IMG/VR virus record: IMGVR_UViG_3300049729_000039
Length of the DNA stretch: 64,000 nt
Direction: 5' to 3' (one strand)
Source of the DNA: a virus
Positions 36,060-45,712 of this stretch are shown here, one piece after another. How positions within the stretch are numbered: position 1 is the first letter of the stretch; the number at the start of each line of letters is the position of its first letter. The notes under the pieces were generated by a model, which was not told the DNA's origin, ran no database searches, and saw only the letters and a list, made by a program, of their open reading frames with translations. Made by a program: the position numbers and the translations under genes.

Positions 36060-38330
36060 TTAATACTGGAATGATTTGAAGTACTCAGCAATATTATATT
36101 TTGACTCTACTATCGTTGTATGATTAGTATTGCTAAGTTCTTTATCTCCAAGTAAACAACCGAGGTAAGCTGACATTGCATCGAAGTTGGTCAAATCTGT
36201 AACCCCTAGAATACTAATACATTCCACAAGTAAGTCCTCTAACTCCATACGTTCAGCGTGCATATTTAAGTCATCACGTATTAGGTTGAAGCCAGCCTGT
36301 TTTGTCGTTAAATTAGCAAAGTAACCGGCTACCGTTTTCTCTACACCATTTTGGTCTAACGGATAAAGCAAATACCCATCAAAACCGTTATCAGTGAAAT
36401 ATTCATTGACGTTATTTAAATTGTTCTCGTTGTAGGCAAGCGATCCGTAGAGAATACAGAGTTTAAGCATGTCCTCGCAGAAATCTGCTACCAATGGAGG
36501 CTTGTGACTGTAATAAACCACTTGTTTTGCTGTTTTCCATTTTGACACAGGTATATTGTCCGTATCTATTCTCATATCACGTCTCATGCGTAGCCCTATA
36601 CCACCTTTAGAGTATCTGTTTCCTGTTGGGTTGTCTAACTTAAAAGTATCAGCAGAGGCGATGAAACGCTCTGTTTCTGGGTATTGTACTCCGTCTATTA
36701 TCCTCCACCTATTCTGTTCGTTTGGCTCAGGAATATAAGAGGCGATAAAGTGTCCTTCTTCTTTGAATATCATCGCTACCTTACCACCAAAGTTACTCTC
36801 CCATGCTAAATCAAACCTACGTGTCATAGATTTGCCAAAACGTAATTCAGTGATCCGGCTCTCAATTCTCTCGTTAGGGAATATATTCGATGAAGCGGGG
36901 GGAGTAAAGGCATCCCGGAAGCATCTTGGGTTCTGACGTTTTAGCTGTGATCGCTTATCTTCATCGGCTCCGACAAGTAGGCTTTGAAGGTATTCGTCTG
37001 CGCCTATTTTGGGGTTCATACCCTTTGATTTTAGATATTCCTGTTGAACTGGTGTAGGTTTATCAGCTATTGGATATCCATACTGATCCATAAAATCAGG
37101 AAAACAGTCTTGCGCTCTGAAATTCACGGTTAGTAACCCAGATATAGTCTGACCACTACCTGTCCGTTGGTGGAATTTGGATTGCTTGCATAATTTTAAA
37201 AACTTAATACCTGATTCTCTGTCCATTTGCTCTACAGTACTGGCGTAGAGCATGATACCATCTATATGTTCTCTTTCAGATAGTGCTAATTTTACCGTCT
37301 GTGTTCTCTGTACTATGTCTTGTGATTCTAGTTTTCCAACTTCGTCGCCGATGTAATAAGTTAAACCAGATCCATCATAATGTACGTCCTTTGCGGACGT
37401 GGCGAAGTCTATCCAACTTGATAGTGTCGTTTCTGGATCATCGCTAAAGAACTCTAATTTCTCTTTCGGGTCGATAGCCCTGAATAGCGGTTTAAAGAAT
37501 ACAGGATATTTCTTAAACTGAAACATGATGTGTTCGATAAATACCTTCTCGCTGCTGTTTTCAGATTCAGCCTGTAGCCCAAAGTGATTTTCAATTGATC
37601 TGGTGGCGAGTTCCAGGCAAAATGCCGCTGCCTTGCTGGTGTCTCCCACACGACGGGGTTTAACCGATGTTATGCCATAAAAAACCCTACGCCCGAGGTC
37701 AATCATTTCGTAGGTTCCGTCTGGCTCAGGTATGGCTATTCCGTCTTTATCTAATTTGGCGAAAGTCCTTGTTTCGAGTATAGCCCAGTTGTATGCAATC
37801 CCGAACCTCCTATCCCTATCACGGTATTCTAGCATACGTGCCTTTGGAATAAAAGAGAAGTTGATGTAAAACCAATAACTCGGTGAGAAGTAAATAGGTT
37901 TACCATTTATTAAATACCATGCTCCGAAGCATCTATGATACCAACACTTCTCAATCCATTTTATTTCCTCCACATAATCGTCAGCGTGGTTTTCAAGTTC
38001 CTCCCAGAAGCTATTTATTATGTTGAGTTCTATTTTAATAGATGTCTGTTCACGTTTTTTGATCGCCTTCTCTTTTGCCCGTAAATGTTTCTCTAATGAG
38101 ATAAGTCGGGGTGGGATTGTTTCACGTACAAATATTTGTTCTTCTGGTGGCATACCATAGTAGTACATTTTACTGTGGTCAGGAAAACAAGTAGGGTGTT
38201 CTTTGCCAAAACTATTATAGGTACGCTGTATCAGGTCTAATATATCTATCTTGACTCCCATCCCATTGGGTGTCAAGTCTTTATCATCATTGATAATTAC
38301 AAACTTTTCACAAGGTTCGTAGGAATACAT
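36060..38330 (-). CDS. terL: Putative terminase large subunit
   Basis: 756 aa. P-loop-like VKPRRVGDTSKAA, Walker-B-like LTYYIGDEVGK. Last gene of an operon divergent from the portal gene, with an HNH endonuclease upstream. Confidence 0.5.
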   Translation of the reverse strand: MYSYEPCEKFVIINDDKDLTPNGMGVKIDILDLIQRTYNSFGKEHPTCFPDHSKMYYYGMPPEEQIFVRETIPPRLISLEKHLRAKEKAIKKREQTSIKIELNIINSFWEELENHADDYVEEIKWIEKCWYHRCFGAWYLINGKPIYFSPSYWFYINFSFIPKARMLEYRDRDRRFGIAYNWAILETRTFAKLDKDGIAIPEPDGTYEMIDLGRRVFYGITSVKPRRVGDTSKAAAFCLELATRSIENHFGLQAESENSSEKVFIEHIMFQFKKYPVFFKPLFRAIDPKEKLEFFSDDPETTLSSWIDFATSAKDVHYDGSGLTYYIGDEVGKLESQDIVQRTQTVKLALSEREHIDGIMLYASTVEQMDRESGIKFLKLCKQSKFHQRTGSGQTISGLLTVNFRAQDCFPDFMDQYGYPIADKPTPVQQEYLKSKGMNPKIGADEYLQSLLVGADEDKRSQLKRQNPRCFRDAFTPPASSNIFPNERIESRITELRFGKSMTRRFDLAWESNFGGKVAMIFKEEGHFIASYIPEPNEQNRWRIIDGVQYPETERFIASADTFKLDNPTGNRYSKGGIGLRMRRDMRIDTDNIPVSKWKTAKQVVYYSHKPPLVADFCEDMLKLCILYGSLAYNENNLNNVNEYFTDNGFDGYLLYPLDQNGVEKTVAGYFANLTTKQAGFNLIRDDLNMHAERMELEDLLVECISILGVTDLTNFDAMSAYLGCLLGDKELSNTNHTTIVESKYNIAEYFKSFQY

Positions 38331-38352
38331 AAGCTACGTTAATTGGTCACTG

Positions 38353-38383
38353 CAAAGATAGTTCATTTCTGCGTGAAAGCCAA
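38353..38383 (-). promoter_or_regulatory. Bacteroidota-type promoter (TTG-N20-TATCTTTG) in front of the terminase gene
   Basis: The reverse complement of 38353-38360 is TATCTTTG and of 38381-38383 is TTG. The ATG is 22 nt downstream. Confidence 0.6.
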
Positions 38384-38569
38384 TAGCACGACCACGCTGT
38401 CTATGTCTACCTCTTTATCCTGTGATTTTAACTTAGCCATCCCTTCTACTAATAGATATTCTTTTATCTGATCTAAGTCACATCCATCAAAATAACGTCT
38501 AGCACGCACGTTTAAATGACATGTATCGCCTTGTTTGTCCCATACGTTGTATTCGTCAACAATAATCAT
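38363..38569 (-). CDS. Hypothetical protein
   Basis: 68-aa ATG ORF. Confidence 0.45.
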   Translation of the reverse strand: MIIVDEYNVWDKQGDTCHLNVRARRYFDGCDLDQIKEYLLVEGMAKLKSQDKEVDIDSVVVLLAFTQK

Positions 38570-38738
38570 AGCATCATTTCTAATAGTTCGTCAACAATAG
38601 TTTCGGGTATGTAAACCGTTGAATCGGGTGGTTGATTATTAATTCGTCTCAGACTGTCCGTGAACTCAAACCAATTCTTCCATCCGTTAATCACAGCCCA
38701 GCAATTTTTTACCTCTAAAGAACTCTTAAATTTTAACA
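38566..38738 (-). CDS. Hypothetical protein (57 aa; below the track cutoff)
   Basis: My translation is MLKFKSSLEVKNCWAVINGWKNWFEF.... Both ends overlap neighbours (ATGA junction). Confidence 0.4.
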
Positions 38739-39488
38739 TAGTGAGTTTAGGTTTAGTTCAAATTTATTATCATTGAAATTAAAATGAGCAAAATCTTGGA
38801 AAAAATAAGCAGCCCAAAAATCATACACGTGAGCAGCTTCTTCTGCTGTTTTAAAATATCCTAAAAATGTATCTTTATTATTTGATCTTATCCTTGCCGA
38901 GTATAACCCAAATTCCATTTTATATGATACGCCCTTAAATGTGCTTGATGATGGAGTAGATTTTTTCAGAGCATTCCTTGTGTTTTGTGGGCATGTACAT
39001 ATTCTTAAATTACATTTTCTGTTATCCAATCCATTATGATTTATGTGATCAATATGAATACTTTTATCCGTAATTCCCAGTATTAGTCTATGCAGTAAAG
39101 AAGACTCTCCATTTTTTAGTTTTCTTGAATCCCTAGATGCGTACCATATTTCACTTTTATTGCCACACTTTATAGCATGCCACTTAAATGATGAAACTAT
39201 GTCATAATCATCCCTATCTATTAGTGTCCATTTATTTTTGGATAATTGAATCCATACTGAATTATCATCAATATCATCAGGCCTAATTGGAAAATTAAGT
39301 TTTCTCCCTAATTTATTATCAATAACATATTTATCATACTCCCTTGCAGCTTCTATTTTTTCATAAAAATAACCTAAAATAATGTTTTTGAAATTAATCA
39401 TTATGTGTGATATATACATAGTTCCACACTTATTTAACATGACTCCTATATATTTATCATTATCAATGACAACCTTTTTCCTTATCAT
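38733..39488 (-). CDS. HNH homing endonuclease with AP2-type DNA-binding domains
   Basis: HIDHINHNGLDNRKCNLRICTCPQN is the HNH core. FKGVSYKMEFGLYSARIRSNNKDTFLGYFKTAEEAAHVYD is AP2-like, as is the N-terminal YIGV...ILGYFYEKIEAAREYD. Confidence 0.8.
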   Translation of the reverse strand: MIRKKVVIDNDKYIGVMLNKCGTMYISHIMINFKNIILGYFYEKIEAAREYDKYVIDNKLGRKLNFPIRPDDIDDNSVWIQLSKNKWTLIDRDDYDIVSSFKWHAIKCGNKSEIWYASRDSRKLKNGESSLLHRLILGITDKSIHIDHINHNGLDNRKCNLRICTCPQNTRNALKKSTPSSSTFKGVSYKMEFGLYSARIRSNNKDTFLGYFKTAEEAAHVYDFWAAYFFQDFAHFNFNDNKFELNLNSLC

Positions 39489-39492
39489 AATT

Positions 39493-39807
39493 CTACCCCT
39501 CTCGTTTCGATTTAATATACCCTGCCATTAAAATTGCGTAATTAGCCAAATCCAACAGCGTATCTTCAACTTTTTCATTGTCGACAAGTAATACTCCACT
39601 TGACACAAATGATGCAACACGTGACATCTTATCGCTCATTCGGGTTAAGAATCCTACTTCTGGATTAATACCGTATTGTTCGATAATTTTAAAGTTAGCA
39701 AATGTGTCTGTTTGTGAAGCGGTATAGTCGTGGTTTTTTGACTTGAATAATGCTTGCATCTTTTCAAAACAAGCTGTTTGATAGGTGATAAATTCGTTAT
39801 TGTTCAT
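39493..39807 (-). CDS. DUF1599-like helical protein
   Basis: KNHDYT...FANF...GFLTRMSDKMSRV...EDTLLDLANYAILMAGYI fits my memory of that family. Unverified. Confidence 0.4.
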   Translation of the reverse strand: MNNNEFITYQTACFEKMQALFKSKNHDYTASQTDTFANFKIIEQYGINPEVGFLTRMSDKMSRVASFVSSGVLLVDNEKVEDTLLDLANYAILMAGYIKSKREG

Positions 39808-39808
39808 A

Positions 39809-40357
39809 TTATTTTGAGTAATAAGGGTCAGGTATTTTTAAATTTTTATCGGCTATGGAACGGGCTATGTGCTCTGGACGCAACCTTAATTTGTCAACCA
39901 TAGACGAATAAAGAGCCTTTCGGAGTGCATTTTCATTATCACCGAACAAATTAACTTCGATTTGTTTTAGGTCATCACTGATATTGTTGATATTTTCACG
40001 GATAACCTTAACCAGTTTTTCGTCTGTTTCACTCATTGACCTTGACACCTGTGCTGATAACATCTGCTGAAAAGCGACATAGCGTATCATGTCTGGGCTA
40101 CCGAGTGAGATAATGTAGTCGATGATGATTTTATTAGCTTCTTCATCCTTACCGAGTAGCATGTCCTCTACTTCTGGTTCAAAGGTATCGTCGAACTCAA
40201 AACCAGCCATGATTGCGCTTTCACGTTTTCTCTCGAAATAGTCTTGATATTTTTTACGGTTTTCAGAGTTGAAGTTGTACATGTAAACGCAATACTTATC
40301 GAGTTTATCTTTGTCGATATAACTTGGTTCGGGTTCTTCTTTTACTTTTTTAGCCAT
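39809..40357 (-). CDS. Hypothetical acidic protein
   Basis: 182-aa ATG ORF. A small-terminase role is possible from position only. Confidence 0.5.
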   Translation of the reverse strand: MAKKVKEEPEPSYIDKDKLDKYCVYMYNFNSENRKKYQDYFERKRESAIMAGFEFDDTFEPEVEDMLLGKDEEANKIIIDYIISLGSPDMIRYVAFQQMLSAQVSRSMSETDEKLVKVIRENINNISDDLKQIEVNLFGDNENALRKALYSSMVDKLRLRPEHIARSIADKNLKIPDPYYSK

Positions 40358-40728
40358 TATAGATTTATTTCAAGTTCAATATCCCAAATTTTAAACATGT
40401 TTTGAAGTTCGTGCAAGTATGTTTTAAAGCATAGTATATTGTCCATAAAATAGACGCAAACCTGTTTATTGTTTAATATTTCGATCATTATATGATCCTT
40501 ATAATTGAAATATTTTCTAAATCCATTTACATGGTGGAATGTTATACCGCACGCCAAAAGTATTTCTTCTGTAATCGGAATAGGTTCTATGTTTTTGTAG
40601 CCAGTTTTTAGTTTTGAATGTTTAAGTTTTATTGATACTGTATTTTGGAATAGAATTTTAATTGTTCCAATTCTACCAAATTCATCCTTAACATAATTCC
40701 CAATCCTTAATTCGTTTGCTTTAACCAT
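40357..40728 (-). CDS. Hypothetical protein
   Basis: Internal ATG at 40728 (MVKANELRIGNY...). The longer track ORF would overlap the upstream gene by 71 nt. Confidence 0.45.
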   Translation of the reverse strand: MVKANELRIGNYVKDEFGRIGTIKILFQNTVSIKLKHSKLKTGYKNIEPIPITEEILLACGITFHHVNGFRKYFNYKDHIMIEILNNKQVCVYFMDNILCFKTYLHELQNMFKIWDIELEINL

Positions 40729-41503
40729 AAATAACTCCATTTCTTTTAATATACAAAATGTCTCTGCCCAATATCGGGACGAGTGTTCCAAAATATTTAT
40801 TCAGTCCGTTATCCATAGCGTGTGCTGCGTACTTTTTAAAATGTATAATGTCCGAAACCTGAACGTCCATATCCATAGGTTCATACATGTAATCACCGTT
40901 TTGGTTATAGCGTTCCATGTACTTGGTGTTCTTTTTACCCACGTATTTAACGAGAGCGTGGTCAGTCTCCTTATCTACCATGTAAGCTCCGATACCTTCT
41001 TTTTTGAATATTGGCTCGGCTAAGATATATCCGTTGATAGGGATAAGATAGTCAGGAATATTCATTGAGACGGCATTGCGTATGTCATTTACGTTACCTG
41101 AGAAATTCTTTATCTTACAGTAAATGTCAGAATAACGAATATAATAATAGGTGCATCCCTCGCAGACGATGAAGTTACCACTTACCACCGATGGCTGTAA
41201 GTCGAAGTAATTGCATACCACGGTGTCTCCAACCTCTAACTCTACTGTGGTCTCCCATTCGCTGAATTGTATGCGTGAGTCCCTGTCATGTGGTTTAGTG
41301 CCGAAGATTATCTTGTCTGGTACTGCAACGACCTGATTGATAACCCCGATATATCGGAATGCGTCTTTAGTGAAATCAATATCAAGTTTTAGTTCGATGT
41401 CTTTTGTGAGTTGATATTTTGACCTGTCCTCCAATGATTTAATAATAACCATGTTATTTTGAGGTCGCAGAGATAAAAGTTCTTCTTTGGTAAGTTTTAT
41501 CAT
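40721..41503 (-). CDS. Hypothetical protein
   Basis: 260-aa ATG ORF, coupled to the upstream gene. Confidence 0.55.
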   Translation of the reverse strand: MIKLTKEELLSLRPQNNMVIIKSLEDRSKYQLTKDIELKLDIDFTKDAFRYIGVINQVVAVPDKIIFGTKPHDRDSRIQFSEWETTVELEVGDTVVCNYFDLQPSVVSGNFIVCEGCTYYYIRYSDIYCKIKNFSGNVNDIRNAVSMNIPDYLIPINGYILAEPIFKKEGIGAYMVDKETDHALVKYVGKKNTKYMERYNQNGDYMYEPMDMDVQVSDIIHFKKYAAHAMDNGLNKYFGTLVPILGRDILYIKRNGVIYG

Positions 41504-41751
41504 ATAATTACTGTCTTTCTGAAATATTTGTGGTTTATGTTTGTGATTTCATGTGATTCCGTAGTCTCTGTGATCTGTTCTCTGACTACGCTACCTTCTT
41601 TTATGTTCTCTACCTTAGTTGTTTTCTCACAGACCGCACGAATACAGTCGGGAGACAGCTCGGTAAGACTTACACAGTTTACCCCGACCTCAAACCAGTC
41701 GAAGTGGTCTTGGTCGATGAAATTATAGTCGACACGCCATAGTTTTTCCAT
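41500..41751 (-). CDS. Hypothetical protein (first gene of the terminase operon; possibly leaderless)
   Basis: The ATG lies only 4 nt downstream of a TATCTTTG box. Confidence 0.5.
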   Translation of the reverse strand: MEKLWRVDYNFIDQDHFDWFEVGVNCVSLTELSPDCIRAVCEKTTKVENIKEGSVVREQITETTESHEITNINHKYFRKTVII

Positions 41752-41755
41752 AGCA

Positions 41756-41763
41756 CAAAGATA
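41756..41763 (-). promoter_or_regulatory. -7 box TATCTTTG (minus strand)
   Basis: caaagata on the + strand, in the divergent region shared with the portal promoter. Confidence 0.5.
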
Positions 41764-41799
41764 AATAACAAATAAGCAAAAAGCTATTCTGAATGCTAA

Positions 41800-41820
41800 T
41801 TTGGAATCGTTCTAAATAAT
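41800..41820 (+). promoter_or_regulatory. Conserved palindromic 20-mer, copy B
   Basis: tttggaatcgttctaaataat, immediately upstream of the -33 TTG of the portal promoter. Confidence 0.6.
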
Positions 41821-41821
41821 C

Positions 41822-41852
41822 TTGCAAATTTTTAAACTAATGACTATCTTTG
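41822..41852 (+). promoter_or_regulatory. Bacteroidota-type promoter (TTG-N20-TATCTTTG) of the portal operon
   Basis: cTTGcaaatttttaaactaatgacTATCTTTG, 19 nt before the ATG at 41872. Confidence 0.7.
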
Positions 41853-41871
41853 TAGAATCAAATATAAAGAC

Positions 41872-44337
41872 ATGCCATTCGATAAGTCCGTTGTTGAAAC
41901 CTATGTAACCCAAGAGTCAGATATTGTAAGAACCAATGGGCGCAAAGACAAGTCATATTACCTTAGCAATGCCGTTGGAATGTTCAGCATCCACGTTAGG
42001 AACTGTGGTGGGATATCTTATTCGGAGCAAGGTAGATACCAAATACTTCGGGATTACTCCAACGGAAAGCAATCGGAATCGACGTATAAAAATTACTTCG
42101 CATCCGATACCAAACACGATAGTCCTGTTGCAGAACGTGTATCTGATGTAGACGGTAAAGGCGGTTTTGTCGATCAGAAAGAAAATAAGCGTGAAGGATA
42201 TTTCAATGTGCTGTGGAAAGTAATTAGCCCGGCACCAAAAGTCATAGCAACCCTTCTCGGTAAATTTGAATCAGCAGAATATGATATAAAAGCTAACCCT
42301 ATTGACGCTAACTCAGGCGCAGAGGTTGAGAATAAGATGCTCGAACTGTGGGCTATGAAAGAAAACATGGAGTTTCTGCGTACTTTCAATAGTAATATGG
42401 GCGTCGAGACACAGGAACCCGACTTCATGCCTGAGACCATTGATGAACTAAAACTTTTCAGAGACAGAGGTGGGTTCAAAGCCGAACACGCCATGTTTAT
42501 GGAACAATTAATAAGATGGACGCTGTTTGTCTCTCGATGGAAAGAGATAAAGAAAGACATGACAAAGGATATTATAGATCTTTCCTTTGCTTGTTGCCAC
42601 GACTACTACGACAGAGAAGATAACACAGTAAAGACCGAATATGTAGACCCAGAGATGTTCGGCATCCAGTATTCCGACTACAACGACTTCCGTGACTCAG
42701 AACATGCTTTTGTAGGCAAGGAGATGACTATTTCTCAGATCAGATATTTACTTCAAGAAGAAGGCATCCCTAAAGACGTCTACGAGCCACAGCTACAGAA
42801 ATGTGCAAGGGCTTATTGTGGTAAATACGGTAACCCCTTCGAGAGAGACATTAATGACTTCGGCACACCTAATGAGATGGGTGGTTGGAAATATGACTAC
42901 TTCAAAGTATTAGTCACCGATAGCTGGTGGGTAGACACCGATGAGACCAAAGACTTGATTTCTACTACTCGTTACGGAAAGAAAAAGATTTATCATAACT
43001 TCGAGGGCGAACCCAAAGAGGGACAAGAGTTATTATCTACTTGTGTAAGAAAAGGATTTATCTGTTCGTGGCTGGTAGGATCTGAATTGGTCTTTAATTA
43101 CGGAGTAGCACAAAACATCACAAGGAATAAAAAAGACGTAATCAGTCCGTTCCATGCTTATAAGTTCCCGTGGACTTCTATCACCGATCAACTCATACCT
43201 ATATATGATAACTTCGCTATAATCTGGTACAAGTATCAAAACGCTATCGCTACTGCCGTAAACAGAGGTGTGGCTATCGACTGGGACACACTTGTTTCTT
43301 TGGAGACCGGAGGTAAGAGTACTATCAAAGAAGCCCTGAAACTCTATTTCCAGACAGGTAACATAATCTACAAACGAACCAACAGTAGAGGTAGACAAGA
43401 AAGCAACCAACTACCGGTACAAGAATTAAAGGGAGGTATGGGAGAAGCTGTGAATGACGCATTCTTGCAGTTCAAACTGAACTTCCAGATGATAGAGACG
43501 CTGACAGGTATCAACCCGCTCTCTCTGGGAACGGTAGACCCTAACGCTCCCGTAAAGACCAACGAGATAGCTGTAGCTGCCACCTCTGACACCCTACGAC
43601 CTATACTGAGTGGAATACTAAGCTTGAAAGAAAGCATGGCTAAGAACACCTGTTTCACTATCCAGACCTTACTTAAATATGACGAAGATGCTCAAAAGAC
43701 ATATTCAGAGATAATCGGTAGCAGGGGAATAGAGATCATGCAGATAGCTAACGGCAACGCTGTGAAGTACGGAATAGCACTCGAAGCCAAACCTTCGGAA
43801 CAGGAAAAAGCCGATTTAAAGAACAAGACAGAAGTAGCCTTACAGGCAGGTCGTAACGGACAGCCAGGAATCACACTTGCTGATGCGTTTGCCGTCAGTC
43901 GAATTCTCGAATATGGAGGCTCTTTGCAGTTAGCAGAGATGATGCTCGAGACTTCAATTCGCAAGAACAAAGAAGCTATTGCAAAACAGGCACAGGCAAA
44001 CTCACAGGCACAGATACAGGGTCAGATGCAGATGGAACAGGCAAAAACTCAGATCCAGTCACAGGCGGATATAGCACTTGTGCAGGAAAAGGGGAAACAG
44101 GAACGTGAGACGCTTACCACTAAAGCGTTTTATGATGCTTTACTGTTACAAGACAAAGCTAATGCCGACGCCACCATTAAAGCTATCGAAGGATATATAA
44201 AAGGTGGTCAAATGTATGTTCCACCTCCACAGGGCGACCAACAGCAAGGTCAACAACAAGCACCCGACCAATCACAGCAACCGCAAGGGCAGCCAGCACC
44301 TCCACAGCAGCAACCCGAACCCCAAATGCAACAATAA
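41872..44337 (+). CDS. Putative portal protein with a Q/P-rich C-terminal extension
   Basis: 821 aa. First gene of the late operon, divergent from the terminase operon and upstream of the scaffold-like and capsid-like genes. The call is positional, not motif-based. Confidence 0.5.
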   Translation: MPFDKSVVETYVTQESDIVRTNGRKDKSYYLSNAVGMFSIHVRNCGGISYSEQGRYQILRDYSNGKQSESTYKNYFASDTKHDSPVAERVSDVDGKGGFVDQKENKREGYFNVLWKVISPAPKVIATLLGKFESAEYDIKANPIDANSGAEVENKMLELWAMKENMEFLRTFNSNMGVETQEPDFMPETIDELKLFRDRGGFKAEHAMFMEQLIRWTLFVSRWKEIKKDMTKDIIDLSFACCHDYYDREDNTVKTEYVDPEMFGIQYSDYNDFRDSEHAFVGKEMTISQIRYLLQEEGIPKDVYEPQLQKCARAYCGKYGNPFERDINDFGTPNEMGGWKYDYFKVLVTDSWWVDTDETKDLISTTRYGKKKIYHNFEGEPKEGQELLSTCVRKGFICSWLVGSELVFNYGVAQNITRNKKDVISPFHAYKFPWTSITDQLIPIYDNFAIIWYKYQNAIATAVNRGVAIDWDTLVSLETGGKSTIKEALKLYFQTGNIIYKRTNSRGRQESNQLPVQELKGGMGEAVNDAFLQFKLNFQMIETLTGINPLSLGTVDPNAPVKTNEIAVAATSDTLRPILSGILSLKESMAKNTCFTIQTLLKYDEDAQKTYSEIIGSRGIEIMQIANGNAVKYGIALEAKPSEQEKADLKNKTEVALQAGRNGQPGITLADAFAVSRILEYGGSLQLAEMMLETSIRKNKEAIAKQAQANSQAQIQGQMQMEQAKTQIQSQADIALVQEKGKQERETLTTKAFYDALLLQDKANADATIKAIEGYIKGGQMYVPPPQGDQQQGQQQAPDQSQQPQGQPAPPQQQPEPQMQQ

Positions 44338-44338
44338 T

Positions 44339-44803
44339 ATGGATATAATTAAAGCCATGAGGGACGCACAGCAAGCAATTATGCTAAGCAGGGCAGTGTT
44401 TGGTGTAGATACCACAGGGTTTGCACAGCGAAGCAGGAGCCTACTTCTTAGCAATGTTCATCAAGGACAAAATGGGTTCATAGGTAATAAAAGATATACA
44501 GACTTAGGTCAGTCAAGTACAGCCATTACTAGGTCATTAGGTGTTGGTACAAGGGGAATACCAGATGGAACTCCCATTCCGTGGTATGTTAAACCGTCAG
44601 ATCAAGGATTTGTTATGCAGCCGCTTGGCGACCCTAACGCCAAAGTAAATCTCGGTTTAGATAAGGCATTTGCGGACTACGTTTCGACAATTGGTGTTAC
44701 AGAAGCCAATAAACTTAAAAATCCATTAGCTTATCAACAGGCACAAAGAGAGTTTGCAAAAAGAGTTAACATAAGACCGATAGATAATTACGCCAAGCAA
44801 TAG
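44339..44803 (+). CDS. Hypothetical virion-module protein
   Basis: ATG at 44339, 1 nt after the portal stop (MDIIKAMRDAQQ...). The track N-terminal extension overlaps the portal gene. Confidence 0.55.
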   Translation: MDIIKAMRDAQQAIMLSRAVFGVDTTGFAQRSRSLLLSNVHQGQNGFIGNKRYTDLGQSSTAITRSLGVGTRGIPDGTPIPWYVKPSDQGFVMQPLGDPNAKVNLGLDKAFADYVSTIGVTEANKLKNPLAYQQAQREFAKRVNIRPIDNYAKQ

Positions 44804-44824
44804 TTTAGAATCATTCTAAATTAC
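44804..44824 (+). promoter_or_regulatory. Conserved palindromic 20-mer, copy C
   Basis: tttagaatcattctaaattac; perfect inverted repeat TTTAGAA-tca-TTCTAAA, starting right after the stop codon. Confidence 0.65.
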
Positions 44825-44856
44825 TATTACCTATTGATTTACGTTTTTTATAGTTA

Positions 44857-44864
44857 TATATTTG
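44857..44864 (+). promoter_or_regulatory. -7 box TATATTTG
   Basis: 17 nt before the ATG at 44882. A TTG lies 18 nt upstream. Confidence 0.5.
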
Positions 44865-44881
44865 TGGCAAATTAAAACGAT

Positions 44882-45175
44882 ATGAAAAAAGTAAAAGGAT
44901 TTTTAATAGTAAATATTATTATTACGGTGTTTCTATTGATAATGTTAAGTAACTATATGGTGAAATTTAAATCATTAGAAAGACAAGTTAATTCGTTATC
45001 TAATGAAAATATTGGAATCATTCACGGGCTTATGTCTATTTCTATTATTCAGAAAAAACAAGACACAATAAACTCACAACAATTAAACATTAATCAATTA
45101 CTATCTGTAAAAAGCACAAAAAAGAAAGAAGAGCATTATACGCTCAAATGGATTGGTGGAAGACTGGAAAAATAA
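44882..45175 (+). CDS. N-terminally anchored small protein
   Basis: The hydrophobic segment GFLIVNIIITVFLLIMLSNYMV is followed by a helical region. Confidence 0.5.
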   Translation: MKKVKGFLIVNIIITVFLLIMLSNYMVKFKSLERQVNSLSNENIGIIHGLMSISIIQKKQDTINSQQLNINQLLSVKSTKKKEEHYTLKWIGGRLEK

Positions 45176-45255
45176 TTAATCAATTTGAAAATAAAATAAG
45201 CTAATGAACGCTTTATTTTGTATCTTTGAGTCCTCAGAAGCTTTGAATTTAATCT

Positions 45256-45289
45256 AAGCGGGTGCAGTACGACCTACACCCGCTTTTAA
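45256..45289 (+). terminator. Hairpin (terminator or attenuator)
   Basis: aagcgggtg / cacccgctt 9-bp stem followed by ttaaag. A TATCTTTG-like box (45221-45228) lies upstream of it, so its role is ambiguous. Confidence 0.45.
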
Positions 45290-45301
45290 AGTTACACTAA
45301 T

Positions 45302-45496
45302 ATGATCAACGTAATTCCATTAGACGATATTGAAGAACATTCAGCTTCGGGGTGTAGGTGTAAACCAACTGTTTATTTTGTAAGCGACAGATGTATTATA
45401 ATTCACAACTCTTTTGATGGAAGAGAAATAATTGAAAAGCTAATTTCTGACATGAAAATTAAACCCTCAACAAATTGGGAGGTTAATTATTACTAA
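45302..45496 (+). CDS. Hypothetical protein
   Basis: 64-aa ATG ORF. Confidence 0.45.
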   Translation: MINVIPLDDIEEHSASGCRCKPTVYFVSDRCIIIHNSFDGREIIEKLISDMKIKPSTNWEVNYY

Positions 45497-45521
45497 TTTA
45501 TTTTGACAAAACAAAAAACCT

Positions 45522-45710
45522 ATGGCAACTAAAATAAGATTAATACCCACACTGGAAGGTAAGACGGCAAAGGACTTCGTCGAAAAGGCTGATAGGAATT
45601 TAGCAAAGGTGCGGGCATGGAACAAAATACCAGAAAAGTGCTTTGTTTGCCAAAACGCATTAACAGATATTTGTCACGAATGTATTAATTATCCATTAAA
45701 GAAAGCTTAA
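45522..45710 (+). CDS. Hypothetical protein
   Basis: 62-aa ATG ORF with CFVC...CHEC. Confidence 0.45.
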   Translation: MATKIRLIPTLEGKTAKDFVEKADRNLAKVRAWNKIPEKCFVCQNALTDICHECINYPLKKA

Positions 45711-45712
45711 TA

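Noticed and set aside
42174-44454. Several minus-strand ORFs, and the + ORF 41936..42151, inside the portal gene, plus the N-terminal extension 44204..44338 of the next gene
   Set aside because: They are nested in or antisense to an 821-aa ORF with a proper promoter. The downstream gene has a clean ATG at 44339, 1 nt after the portal stop.
45221-45228. TATCTTTG box upstream of the 45256 hairpin as a bona fide promoter
   Set aside because: It has no -33 TTG at the standard 20-nt spacing, and it would transcribe straight into a terminator-like hairpin. It is kept only as a note; an attenuator arrangement is possible.
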